Shown piece by piece: positions 17,003 through 26,536 of a stretch of DNA of 37,009 nt (positions are counted from its first letter, which is position 1; each line of letters begins with the position of its first letter). Both the position numbers and the translations under genes were made by a program. The notes beneath the pieces were generated by a model. That model was given only the letters and a program-made list of their open reading frames with translations. It was not told the DNA's origin and did no database searches. The stretch comes from Candidatus Kaiserbacteria bacterium (GTDB lineage Bacteria; Patescibacteriota; Minisyncoccia; Phycocordibacterales; UBA918), in assembly GCA_007117575.1 (NCBI GenBank), contig SKGH01000039.1:1-37009 (forward strand). Direction: 5' to 3'.

Positions 17003-17052
17003 ATATTTTTTTAGCTACTCCGGACCTCGATGAGACTTCAAACAGTTTCTTA
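17003..17052 (+). repeat. Third copy of the ~50-bp module found in the tandem units at 1-233
   Basis: atatttttttagctactccggacctcgatgagacttcaaacagtttct is nearly identical to 185-232. Confidence 0.8.
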
Positions 17053-17386
17053 GCAATAGTATGAGGTGTTACTCATGATATTTCTCTTGAGTATGGGGTT
17101 GAAACGTCATACTTCCGCGATTAGTTTTAATCTTTTGAAAGACTTAGGTAGTTTACTTCGGTGCTTCAGTGGGTGATGGCTCTTTACTCTTGGCTGTATA
17201 GAAGAAATAGCGACCCACCAAATAATTGTGTCTGATACAATCTAAAGATAATTAACTTTAAAAAGTATCATGTCAAAAGTTGATAGTGTAAAATCAATGA
17301 CCGATAAAATACTAGAGACCAACATTAAAAACCTACACACTTAACTAAATTGAAGTGTGTTTGTGACAAAATATGTTATAGTTTAA

Positions 17387-18118
17387 ATGTATTTAAGAGC
17401 GTTTGTAATTTACTTTATGAATAAAGTGTTTCTGGGGTTGACCATAGCTATTATAATCCTAGGGGGGTTAGGTTGGTTGTTGTTGTACTCCGGTCCTAGT
17501 GCCCATGTGTCCGTTATTGAGAGAGAAGTCTCCGGTTTGGAAAATTATCTGATTGAGATAGAAGCTGAGCTGGCTTCAGGTGAGCTTTCTTTAGATATAG
17601 CAACTGCAACGATTTCAAATATTGCCTCTAGTTTGGAGCTGATAAAGTCGTCCGCCACAGTGGCAGGGTCGTCTCGTTTAAATGAGGAGCAACTTGCTCG
17701 TTTAGACCAGTCTCTTAATCGTTTTTTGAATGTGTTGGTCGGCTATAGTGATACTTTACTAGAACTAGATAAACAGATTCAAGATTTGCCTTTGGAAGAC
17801 AGGCAAGCTTTCGCCGATGGTGAAGGGGGTGTTGCTGACTTGGTTTTGAATACGGTTTATTTTATAGATGAGAGTGTTGCCGAGGTATTGACTGACTTTG
17901 CAGTGAAAGATATTGAAACGGCTCTGGTTTCTAAAGATGATTCCGCGGAAGTGAAGGTGCCGGTTGATATGGTAGACCTTATTGATATTGATGAAGAGAA
18001 AAAGAATGGGGATGATGTTGTGGAGCGTGTAGATGATAAGGTTTCAACATCGACTGATAATGAAGACCAGGTTGAGTTTTTACCTGATGAGCAGTTGGAA
18101 TTACAATTAGAACTATAA
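17387..18118 (+). CDS. Hypothetical membrane-anchored protein with acidic C-terminal half
   Basis: N-terminal TM (FLGLTIAIIILGGLGWLLL) and a D/E-rich tail. The start may be the ATG at 17417. Confidence 0.6.
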   Translation: MYLRAFVIYFMNKVFLGLTIAIIILGGLGWLLLYSGPSAHVSVIEREVSGLENYLIEIEAELASGELSLDIATATISNIASSLELIKSSATVAGSSRLNEEQLARLDQSLNRFLNVLVGYSDTLLELDKQIQDLPLEDRQAFADGEGGVADLVLNTVYFIDESVAEVLTDFAVKDIETALVSKDDSAEVKVPVDMVDLIDIDEEKKNGDDVVERVDDKVSTSTDNEDQVEFLPDEQLELQLEL

Positions 18119-18233
18119 GCACGCTTAATTTTTAATTACGGCGTAATATTTAGTTTAGAGTATTTTTATTACGGAGTAAGGCATAATAATTCACAAATTA
18201 GAATGGTATCTTTCGTGTTACAATCTACCGTAT

Positions 18234-19664
18234 ATGAAAAAAGCTAATAATCATCCTACGGTAATGGTGTTTTTTGGTGCGGCTGGAGATCTGGCACAAA
18301 AAAAGCTCATCCCGTCCTTGTTCAACCTTTATGCTAAAAATGCTTTGCCGGAAAAGTTTTTCGTAGTTGGTGCCGCTTGGGATGATTATGACGACAATTC
18401 TTACCGAAAGTTTGTAGCAGAAACTATAACCAAAAATACCGCACATGGTGGTTATCATAAAGTTATCGAAGATTTTGCCGGTAATTTTGTTTATGTGCGA
18501 GGAGACTTTAATGACTTAAAGATTTATCAAGAAGTCAAGGAGTGTATATTTAACTATAATAAAAAAATAGGACAATGTAGCAATATTTTGTATTACCTGG
18601 CGGTACCGCCGTCTCTATACTCTCTTATGTTTGAGCGATTGGCTCAAAGTGAAAGTATGCGTATTTGCGACCAAGAAGAGGCATGGGCTCATCTGTTGGT
18701 TGAAAAACCTTTTGGTAGAGATATTGATACTGCGCGAGAGCTGGAGGAGAAATTGCGCGTTTCGGTCCCGGATGAGCAGGTGTATCGTATCGATCACTAT
18801 CTGGCAAAAAATGCCATAGAAAATATATTGGCTCTTCGTTTTGCCAACCCTTTGTTGAGAAATGCTTGGAATGCCGAGTGTGTTGAGTCTATTGAAATAA
18901 ACCTTTCAGAGACTGACGATTTGTCAAACCGTGGCTCTTTTTACGACGGAGTCGGAGCTTTGCTTGATGTGGGGCAAAACCACTTGTTGCAAATGCTGGC
19001 TTTGTTACTGATGAATGAAGTCGATGTTTCTAACACGGATTCTGTAAGGGAAGTGAGGGCGAAAGTACTTGAGTCTTTGTATCCCGACCTTGAGGCGTTG
19101 ATGATACGTGGTCAGTATGAAGGTTATAGACAAACCAAGGGGGTGGCCTCTGATAGTAAAACGGAGACTTTTTTTCAAGTCAGTTTAAAGTCGAATTTGC
19201 CTCTATGGGAAGGTACTCGTTTTGTCTTACGTTCGGGAAAAGCTTTGGGTGAGGCGGTTAATGAGGCGGTGGTAAATTTCAGACCGGTAGACCTTTCTTC
19301 TCATGGATTAACCTCTTCAGTAGAAAAGAGTTTTAATTCACTGCGTTTAAAACTGGGGCCGGATCAGTTGTTGGAGTTGGTTATGTTTGTACGAAAAGCC
19401 GGTTTTGATTTTGAACTTGAGCCACGTAAGTATCAGTTGGTCGCAGACCATGAGCCGGACGGTATCTATTCTCCCGATGCGTATGAGCTGGTTTTGCTTG
19501 ACTGCATTAATGGTGACCAAACTCGTTTCGTTAGTGCCAGAGAAGTAGAGGCGGCGTGGAAGGTGTTCATGCCTATAATGAAACATTTTCCTAAACTGCC
19601 TTTACTTTCTTATGAGCCGGGGAGTAATGGTCCTAAACTGTTTGAAGTCTCAAATAATCTTTGA
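18234..19664 (+). CDS. zwf: Glucose-6-phosphate 1-dehydrogenase
   Basis: FGAAGDLAQKKLIPSLFNL (NADP site), EKPFGRD and RIDHYLAKN active-site motifs. Confidence 0.95.
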   Translation: MKKANNHPTVMVFFGAAGDLAQKKLIPSLFNLYAKNALPEKFFVVGAAWDDYDDNSYRKFVAETITKNTAHGGYHKVIEDFAGNFVYVRGDFNDLKIYQEVKECIFNYNKKIGQCSNILYYLAVPPSLYSLMFERLAQSESMRICDQEEAWAHLLVEKPFGRDIDTARELEEKLRVSVPDEQVYRIDHYLAKNAIENILALRFANPLLRNAWNAECVESIEINLSETDDLSNRGSFYDGVGALLDVGQNHLLQMLALLLMNEVDVSNTDSVREVRAKVLESLYPDLEALMIRGQYEGYRQTKGVASDSKTETFFQVSLKSNLPLWEGTRFVLRSGKALGEAVNEAVVNFRPVDLSSHGLTSSVEKSFNSLRLKLGPDQLLELVMFVRKAGFDFELEPRKYQLVADHEPDGIYSPDAYELVLLDCINGDQTRFVSAREVEAAWKVFMPIMKHFPKLPLLSYEPGSNGPKLFEVSNNL

Positions 19665-19701
19665 GTGGGAGATAATGTGTTAGACTATGATACGTTAAAG
19701 T

Positions 19702-19828
19702 CAGGACTTACGCGTTTGGAGAATTTCTTTGTTGCTTTCGTCACTCAAGCCTTTCATCGTACCACCAAGTACGCCTCAGGTTTTCGCTCCTAAGCGCCTT
19801 GAACTTCATCGGAAACGCGTAAGTCATG
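19702..19828 (-). mobile_element. MITE-A, intact copy (127 bp) with 5-bp TSD AAAGT
   Basis: Termini caggacttacgcgttt / aaacgcgtaagtcatg. Flanked by aaagt at 19697-19701 and 19829-19833. Lies between zwf and gnd. Confidence 0.85.
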
Positions 19829-19868
19829 AAAGTATTTTCTTTTTAGATAAAGTATAAATAAACAACAT

Positions 19869-20798
19869 ATGGCAAAATATAATAAACAAATAGGTTTTAT
19901 AGGTCTGGGTCGCATGGGTAAGTCTATGGTGGAATTGTTGGCACAGAAGGGTTACGAGGTGTTTTGTACTGACGTAAGTGTCGAAGCGAGAAAAGCAATG
20001 GTTGCCACTGGAGTAAAGGTCTATGATGACGTCCCTGCCTTAGTGAAGGCCCTACCTTCGACAAAAGTTTTATGGTTGATGGTACCTGGTAAGAATGTGG
20101 ACTCGGTACTACGTGAACTGACGCCATTGTTATCTGCGGGTGACTTGGTTATAGACGGAGGCAACAGTTTTTATCGTGACTCTGTGCGAAGACACGGTAA
20201 GTTAGAGAAAAAACAAATAGATTTTCTTGATTGCGGTACTTCCGGTGGAGTTGATGGAGCTCGTAGTGGCTCGGCCTTGATGGTTGGAGGGGATATGGAG
20301 GTATGGAAAAAAGCCAAACCCATTTTTACAGCTTTGGCAAAGAGAGGGGGTTGTGCTCGAGTAGGAGGGGCCGGAGCCGGTCATTTTGTGAAGGCGGTAC
20401 ATAATGCCATAGAGTATGGAATGATGGGCGCTATAGCGGAAGGCATGGCTTTGGTTGAGAAGGAAAGTGATACTTTTGACCTGTCTATGGAAGGTGTTTT
20501 AGCCACTTACGAGAACGGAAGTATAATTGAAAGTAGACTTATGTCTTGGACGGGACAAGCTTATCGTCAGGGCTTGTTGGAAAGTGTGGTTGGTAAAGTG
20601 CCTGTGGGTGAGACTGAAAAAAAGATGCAACACCTGACTACTCTGGACGAAATGCTTGTTTTGAACACTGCTCTGCAACAGCGTGCCAATACTCGAAAAA
20701 AACCAAGTAGAGTGGGAGCGTATATAGCCGGAATGCGTAACATGTTTGGCGGTCACCATTTTATTTCTAAGAAAGTGTCTAAAAAATCTACTAAATGA
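19869..20798 (+). CDS. gnd: 6-phosphogluconate dehydrogenase, short (about 300 aa, YqeC-like) decarboxylating form
   Basis: IGFIGLGRMGKSM Rossmann motif. Length and GGNSFY / GTSGG motifs fit the 6PGDH-like family. Sits between zwf and pgl. Confidence 0.85.
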   Translation: MAKYNKQIGFIGLGRMGKSMVELLAQKGYEVFCTDVSVEARKAMVATGVKVYDDVPALVKALPSTKVLWLMVPGKNVDSVLRELTPLLSAGDLVIDGGNSFYRDSVRRHGKLEKKQIDFLDCGTSGGVDGARSGSALMVGGDMEVWKKAKPIFTALAKRGGCARVGGAGAGHFVKAVHNAIEYGMMGAIAEGMALVEKESDTFDLSMEGVLATYENGSIIESRLMSWTGQAYRQGLLESVVGKVPVGETEKKMQHLTTLDEMLVLNTALQQRANTRKKPSRVGAYIAGMRNMFGGHHFISKKVSKKSTK

Positions 20799-20821
20799 TA
20801 GTGTGTTTAAATTAAAATATT

Positions 20822-21541
20822 ATGTCAATAAAATACGTAGTAACAGAATCACCTTTAGAGGAAACCGCAAAAGGGGTGGAGGAAATGTTGAGCAATAATC
20901 AAAGTAAACCCATTTTGTTTTTAATATCCGGCGGTTCGGCTTTTAAAGTTCTAGATCATTTATCGCCGGATGTTTTTGGTCCTCATGTAACTATTACTTT
21001 ACTAGACGAACGTTGTCACCAAGATGCCAGTAATTATTCTGAGTTAACCGCTATGGATTATTACGGCAAAGTCATAGACAAAGGCGTGACAGATATGTTT
21101 AAAGTCAATGACCTGCATTTTTTTAATGATTGTGCTTCGATATCAAAAAGCTGGGAAAATGCCTTGCGTGAGTGGCGTAATGAAAATAAAAACGGGGTAG
21201 TACTTGCTCTAATGGGTATTGGCAGTGATGGCCATATAGCCGGTATACTACCCTTAGTATCCGATGACATGCAACAGTTTGAAGATGAGTCATGGGTGGT
21301 GTCTTATGAAGCGCCACCGGAAGTTAATCCATACCCAAAACGTATAACACCCACTTTCACTTTTTTTCGCTCGCAGGTAGCAGAAGCTGTGGTCTATGCA
21401 ACCGGTGAGTCAAAACAGGAAGCCATTGACAATATTTTTAAACCTGAAGGGTCTGTAACCAAAACACCCTCACGCTTGTTATTAGAATTACCAACAGTTA
21501 CTTTATATTCTGATTTACCACGCAACAATGAACATGTCTGA
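20822..21541 (+). CDS. pgl: 6-phosphogluconolactonase
   Basis: ILFLISGGSA and MGIGSDGHIAGILP match the 6PGL/NagB-family motifs. Confidence 0.8.
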   Translation: MSIKYVVTESPLEETAKGVEEMLSNNQSKPILFLISGGSAFKVLDHLSPDVFGPHVTITLLDERCHQDASNYSELTAMDYYGKVIDKGVTDMFKVNDLHFFNDCASISKSWENALREWRNENKNGVVLALMGIGSDGHIAGILPLVSDDMQQFEDESWVVSYEAPPEVNPYPKRITPTFTFFRSQVAEAVVYATGESKQEAIDNIFKPEGSVTKTPSRLLLELPTVTLYSDLPRNNEHV

Positions 21542-22574
21542 AAATAAGGAGGCGAAAACTTTTAAAATAGTGGTGGTTGGGGGAGGAACAGGCACTTATA
21601 CTGTTTTAAAGGGCTTGACTAAATATCTACCCGAGGTCGAGCTTTCGGCAGTGGTTACTATGGCCGATTCAGGTGGCTCTACCGGTAGGTTGCGTGATAC
21701 TTTCGGGTATTTACCAGTCGGTGACGTGCGTATGGCCTTGGTAGCTTTGGCGCGAGAAGATGATGAGCATGAGCGTTTATTGCGTGACCTTTTTTCTCAT
21801 CGTTTTAATACCGGTGGTGAGATGAAGGGTCATACTTTCGGTAATTTGTTACTTACCGCTCTACGAGATATGTTGGGTAGTGAGAGTGAGGCAATTTCTG
21901 TTGCGGCTCGTATTTTAGGGGCGCGTGGCAGAGTGTTGCCGGTTACTTTAGGGAATACACATTTGGTGGCTGAATACGACGACGGTTTGGTTATCACCGG
22001 AGAGTCATTGATAGACTCTCCGGAATCAGAGAGAGTGGGGAGGAGGATAGTTGCGTTGTCTGTAGAACCTCGTCATCCGGCCAACCCTCTTGCGCTTGAA
22101 GCCATAGCCAATGCTGACATGATTGTCATCGGTCCCGGTGATCTTTATACCAGTGTTCTAGCCAATTGTGTTGTGACCGATGTGGCAAAAACCATAGCTG
22201 ATTCACAAGCCATGTTGGTTTATGTGTCAAACTTGATGTCGAGACCCGGTCAAACCAGAGGCATGAGCGTTGGTGATCATGTGCTTGAGATTGAACATTA
22301 CCTAGGTAGAAAGGTTGACAAGGTTTTATATAACGACACACCTTTACCGGTAAAAGTGTTGGAGAGATATCGCCTGGAAGGTGATGAACCTCTTGTTGTT
22401 AGAGATAATGATGATCTAAATGACAGACTTATCAGAGCAGACCTTTTGGATGACGTCAGTGCGGAGCCTGTGCCGGGGGACGCTTTAAAGCGCAGTCTTA
22501 TCAGGCATGATTCTGAGAAGTTGGCTGATGTTTTAGTCGGAAACTGTATCAAGTCTAACTACAATAGTGACTAA
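21528..22574 (+). CDS. yvcK: YvcK/CofD-family protein (UPF0052, gluconeogenesis-factor-like)
   Basis: KIVVVGGGTGTYTVLKGL and VVTMADSGGSTGRLRD are characteristic of YvcK/CofD. Confidence 0.85.
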   Translation: MNMSENKEAKTFKIVVVGGGTGTYTVLKGLTKYLPEVELSAVVTMADSGGSTGRLRDTFGYLPVGDVRMALVALAREDDEHERLLRDLFSHRFNTGGEMKGHTFGNLLLTALRDMLGSESEAISVAARILGARGRVLPVTLGNTHLVAEYDDGLVITGESLIDSPESERVGRRIVALSVEPRHPANPLALEAIANADMIVIGPGDLYTSVLANCVVTDVAKTIADSQAMLVYVSNLMSRPGQTRGMSVGDHVLEIEHYLGRKVDKVLYNDTPLPVKVLERYRLEGDEPLVVRDNDDLNDRLIRADLLDDVSAEPVPGDALKRSLIRHDSEKLADVLVGNCIKSNYNSD

Positions 22575-22692
22575 GGTCATAAAGGTTTGGTCTCTCAAGT
22601 TATGTATTTTTCTTTAAGGGGTTTTTTTATTTGCTAACATTTTTTTGTTAGAGCGGTATGGTTTGTGCGTTATACTTATAGTTAATATAAAT

Positions 22693-24147
22693 ATGTCACC
22701 ATTAAGATCAGGTAAAGACGACATCGGAGATATTTCAATAGCTCGTGCTAATGCCGCTTTGGACGAAGCTCTTAATGATCCGGAAGTAAAGTGGAACAAA
22801 CCCGGTGATGATGAAGAGGTAAAAAATATCAACGATTTAAAAGATACAACCGAAACCGGCTCCGATGATAATGATCTGTATTCTGATGTGGAGGTTAAAG
22901 AAGGACCGGTGTCAGCTTACGGTGGAAGATCCGACTCTCCGCTATCTTTTTCTTCTACTTCACACGAAAAGACGCGAGTACTTTTTATCACATCCGACGT
23001 ATCCTTTTTAGATCCGCAAGCTAAAGAGAGGAAAGCTTTAGTAGAAATGAATCATTTGTTTGATGAAATGCACATAATGGTCTTAACTGAACAGTGGCAG
23101 AGCGCTAAAGCGGTTAAGCGTATTGCTCCTCAGACTTGGCTTTATACCACTGCCAGTCAATTTTGGTGGCAGTTCCATGTTTCTGCTTTGAGTATATGTC
23201 GTCAGCAGTTGGTGTTTGCAGAGGGTTTTAGGCCGGACGTGATAGTGGCACTGGAGCCTTTTTCAGCCGGTTTCACCGCTTCTTATTTGGCAAAAAGATT
23301 TAAAAGACCGTATCAAGTGCAGATGAAGGTTAATCCTTGGAGTAAAGAATTCAAAGATAAGGTTAAGTATTCAGGAATAAAAATACGTTTTGCCGAGTAT
23401 GTGTTGGGGCGTAGTCCCAGTGTGTGCGTTGCTTCTCAAGCTTTGCGTAAAATAGCCACTCAAAAGGTACCAAAAATGGTTGAACCAATCGTTTTACCGC
23501 CATATTATGATATGAGAAATTTGTTACAAACTCCTACCAGAAAGGAAAGTGGCAATATTCTTTTCCCTCAATTTTCTTTTGTTATTTTGTATATGGCAAG
23601 ACTGGGTCCTGAGAGTACTCTATTTAGAGTGTTAGACTCTGCCAGAAACCTTTTACATAACCCCGGCGTGGTTTTGGTTGTGGTTGGTGATGGGCCGATG
23701 AAGAAGCATTTTCAAGAGCGTGCTCAGATGTTGGGAATAAGCCGTCAGGTGATTTTTAAACAACCTATTGACGACCCTGTATATTATTTTCAAAATGCTG
23801 ATATTTTTTTTATGTCCGATACTAATCCCGAAAGTGATGAAATGGTTATAAAAGCCGCTGCCGCCGGTTTACCTTTGCTTTTGGCGGAAAATCAATTACG
23901 CCGTGATCTTTTTACTGATGGTGAAGATGTTTTCATGTCCGTACCTGAGGATACGGTTGAGTTTTCGCAGAAACTGAATGAATTCGTAAATAATAATGCT
24001 ATAAGAGCTCAGTTTAGGGAGGGGGCTAGGGAGGTTATTGCTCAGTCTTTTCATGAAGATCCGGCGGTTTATCAAGAAGCATATCTTAACGCTATAGAAA
24101 GTGTCCTTTATACGAACAGCTTTTTACCTTTGTCAGCTAGAGAGTAA
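22693..24147 (+). CDS. GT-B fold glycosyltransferase (GT4-like) with acidic N-terminal extension
   Basis: ORF track start 22645 is TTG; the ATG at 22693 gives MSPLRSGKDD. Rossmann-like VLFITSDVSF and a C-terminal VVVGDGPMKKHF...ADIFFMSD pattern. Confidence 0.7.
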   Translation: MSPLRSGKDDIGDISIARANAALDEALNDPEVKWNKPGDDEEVKNINDLKDTTETGSDDNDLYSDVEVKEGPVSAYGGRSDSPLSFSSTSHEKTRVLFITSDVSFLDPQAKERKALVEMNHLFDEMHIMVLTEQWQSAKAVKRIAPQTWLYTTASQFWWQFHVSALSICRQQLVFAEGFRPDVIVALEPFSAGFTASYLAKRFKRPYQVQMKVNPWSKEFKDKVKYSGIKIRFAEYVLGRSPSVCVASQALRKIATQKVPKMVEPIVLPPYYDMRNLLQTPTRKESGNILFPQFSFVILYMARLGPESTLFRVLDSARNLLHNPGVVLVVVGDGPMKKHFQERAQMLGISRQVIFKQPIDDPVYYFQNADIFFMSDTNPESDEMVIKAAAAGLPLLLAENQLRRDLFTDGEDVFMSVPEDTVEFSQKLNEFVNNNAIRAQFREGAREVIAQSFHEDPAVYQEAYLNAIESVLYTNSFLPLSARE

Positions 24148-24241
24148 AGGTCTATGAATTTACTCGTTTGACTACTAAATCGCTGTTTTTGCTATGAAAT
24201 TTAGCGTATGGGAATCAGCATTTTGTCGGGTTTTCTCATAA

Positions 24242-24270
24242 TTGGTTGGTATAAAAATCGGGGCTATAAT
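24242..24270 (+). promoter_or_regulatory. Sigma-70-like promoter candidate for the 24302 gene
   Basis: TTGGTT (24242-24247), 17-nt spacer, perfect TATAAT (24265-24270), 31 nt upstream of the ATG. Confidence 0.35.
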
Positions 24271-24301
24271 TTAAAAATGATTATGGTATAGTGACGGTCA
24301 T

Positions 24302-26482
24302 ATGAAAGATATACTAAAAGCAATTGTCTACGGGGGTTTATTCATTATTCCTTTATTGCCTTTATATGTAGCAAATGACATGTTTTTTCCTTTTATAACC
24401 GGAAAGAATTTCTCTTTTCGCATTATAGTTGAAATAGTTTTCGCGGCATGGGTTATATTGGCGTTTTTGGATAAACGGTATCGACCCGGTTTTTCATGGA
24501 TATTGGTTACCTTTGGCGTGTTTGTGTTGTCTATATTGGTATCGGCGTTTCTGGGTGAACATACGCAAACTAGTCTATGGAGTAATTATGAGCGTATGGA
24601 TGGCGTGGTGACCTTGATACACTTGGCTTTGTTCGTTCTGGTTCTAGGCAGTACTTTTCAGTCTGACAAAGTATGGAATTGGTTACTGTTTTTAACCACC
24701 GGTGTCGCTTTGGTGGTGGCCGGCATGGGTTTGAATGATTTTCTAACTTCCGGGGTAAGAAGAATAGACAGTACCTTAGGTAACGCCGCCTATATGGCGG
24801 TGTATATGCTTTTCCATATTTTCTTTACGGCATATTTATTTATGCGCACCAAGGACCCTTGGTTACGTTTGGTATACGTGCTTGTCGCTATGGTGTTTAT
24901 GTTCGCTTTACTACAGACAGGTACCAGAGGAACTTTTCTAGGAATGGTCGGCGGTTTAGTGGCAATGGTTTCATATATCGCTCTTTTCGGTTCTCGTTTT
25001 CCGGAATTTCGTAAGGTTGCCGTAGGTAGCATACTGGTGTTGATTGTCTTAGGGGGTACTTTTATGAGTCTACGTGATAGCGATATTGTGCAAGATAATC
25101 GGGCACTTGCCAGAATAGCAAACATAGACCTCTCGGCGGATCTTGAGGTGCGTTCTGTTATATGGGGTTTGGCGATGGAGGGTGTGAGAGAAAGACCTTT
25201 ATTCGGCTGGGGTCACGGAAATTATAATTTTGTATTTAACAAGTACTATGACCCTTTTCTATACGAGCAAGAGTCTTGGTTCGATAGAGTTCACAATATC
25301 TTTCTAGATTGGCTTATAGCCGGAGGAGTGGTTGGTTTTCTGGCCTACTTCAGTGTATTTTTTGCTTTATTTTATTATCTGGTTTGGAGACCTTATTGGA
25401 GCAAAGAGCCCGATCCTCACTTTAATGTCTTAGAACGGGCGGTTATAGTCGGTTTATTGGTGGGTTATTTGATACATAATGCGGTAGTGTTTGATAACAT
25501 AATCAGCTATATATTCTTTGGGGTTTTGCTAGCTTTGGTTCATGGTAAAGTAGCGACACCGATAAAAGCCATTTCGGAGCTTAAGTTTGATAAACAAATG
25601 GTTGTTCAGTTTGTAACTCCATTAGTGCTTATAGTGCTGGGAGCGACTATTTATTATGTCAATATACCGTCGTATTTAGCCGCTAAAGATATCATAGACG
25701 CTTTACGTGCCAGAGATGTTTCTGTGCGTATAGAGAGTTTTGAAAGAGCTTTGGCGCGAGGTGGTTTTGGTAGACAGGAGATAGTCGAACAGTTATCACA
25801 GCAAGCCATACGCGTTGCCCGAGACCCTAACGTTTCTGAAGAAGAACGAAGACGCATGTTGGAGTTAGCTATAACCGAGATGGAAAAATTAACACAAGAC
25901 AAACCCGGTGACGCCCGTCTGCATCAATTTTTTTCTAGTTTGTATCGTAGTGTAGGGGCTTACGAGGAAGCCCGTGAGCAAGCGTCTCTGGCGCGACAAT
26001 TTTCACCTCTTAAGCAGAGTATTATAACTGAGCAAGGGGTGGTTGAGTTGCAAGCGGGAGAAGCGGAAAAGGCGTTAGAGTTCCTTAGAGAAGCTTTTGA
26101 ATTGGATACCTCTTTTGTGCAACCAAGGGTTTTGTATGCTTCAGTGCTGGTTAATACGGGAGCGGTAGACAAAGCCAGAGAGTTGTTGAGCGAGTCAAGG
26201 TATTTGCGCGCCTTTGCCCTTAACGATTTTGCTGTCTCCACCGTACAGCAATCCGGTGAGTTTCAATTGTTAGCAGAAATGTTTGAAGAGAGAGTGAAAG
26301 CTGATCCTGATGATGTACAGAGTAGAGCAAGTTTGGCTTTTCTTTATCATCAGTTGGAGGACAAAGAGAGAGCAATAGCTACCTTAAGGGAAACAGTAGA
26401 AATCTATCCTGAATTTGCCGGTCAAGCGGAATGTATAATTGGTAATATTGAGGCCGGGAATCCGCCGGAACAAGATTGTTAG
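24302..26482 (+). CDS. O-antigen ligase/polymerase-like (Wzy_C-type) polytopic membrane protein fused to C-terminal TPR repeats
   Basis: About 12 TM segments with LLQTGTRGTFLGMVGG and GWGHGNYNFVF motifs. The C-terminal ~270 aa are helical-repeat (TPR-like). Confidence 0.75.
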   Translation: MKDILKAIVYGGLFIIPLLPLYVANDMFFPFITGKNFSFRIIVEIVFAAWVILAFLDKRYRPGFSWILVTFGVFVLSILVSAFLGEHTQTSLWSNYERMDGVVTLIHLALFVLVLGSTFQSDKVWNWLLFLTTGVALVVAGMGLNDFLTSGVRRIDSTLGNAAYMAVYMLFHIFFTAYLFMRTKDPWLRLVYVLVAMVFMFALLQTGTRGTFLGMVGGLVAMVSYIALFGSRFPEFRKVAVGSILVLIVLGGTFMSLRDSDIVQDNRALARIANIDLSADLEVRSVIWGLAMEGVRERPLFGWGHGNYNFVFNKYYDPFLYEQESWFDRVHNIFLDWLIAGGVVGFLAYFSVFFALFYYLVWRPYWSKEPDPHFNVLERAVIVGLLVGYLIHNAVVFDNIISYIFFGVLLALVHGKVATPIKAISELKFDKQMVVQFVTPLVLIVLGATIYYVNIPSYLAAKDIIDALRARDVSVRIESFERALARGGFGRQEIVEQLSQQAIRVARDPNVSEEERRRMLELAITEMEKLTQDKPGDARLHQFFSSLYRSVGAYEEAREQASLARQFSPLKQSIITEQGVVELQAGEAEKALEFLREAFELDTSFVQPRVLYASVLVNTGAVDKARELLSESRYLRAFALNDFAVSTVQQSGEFQLLAEMFEERVKADPDDVQSRASLAFLYHQLEDKERAIATLRETVEIYPEFAGQAECIIGNIEAGNPPEQDC

Positions 26483-26536
26483 TTGTGGGCGCTTTGTTAT
26501 AGTGCGTGACCGGAATAATTTTCAAAATACATAATT

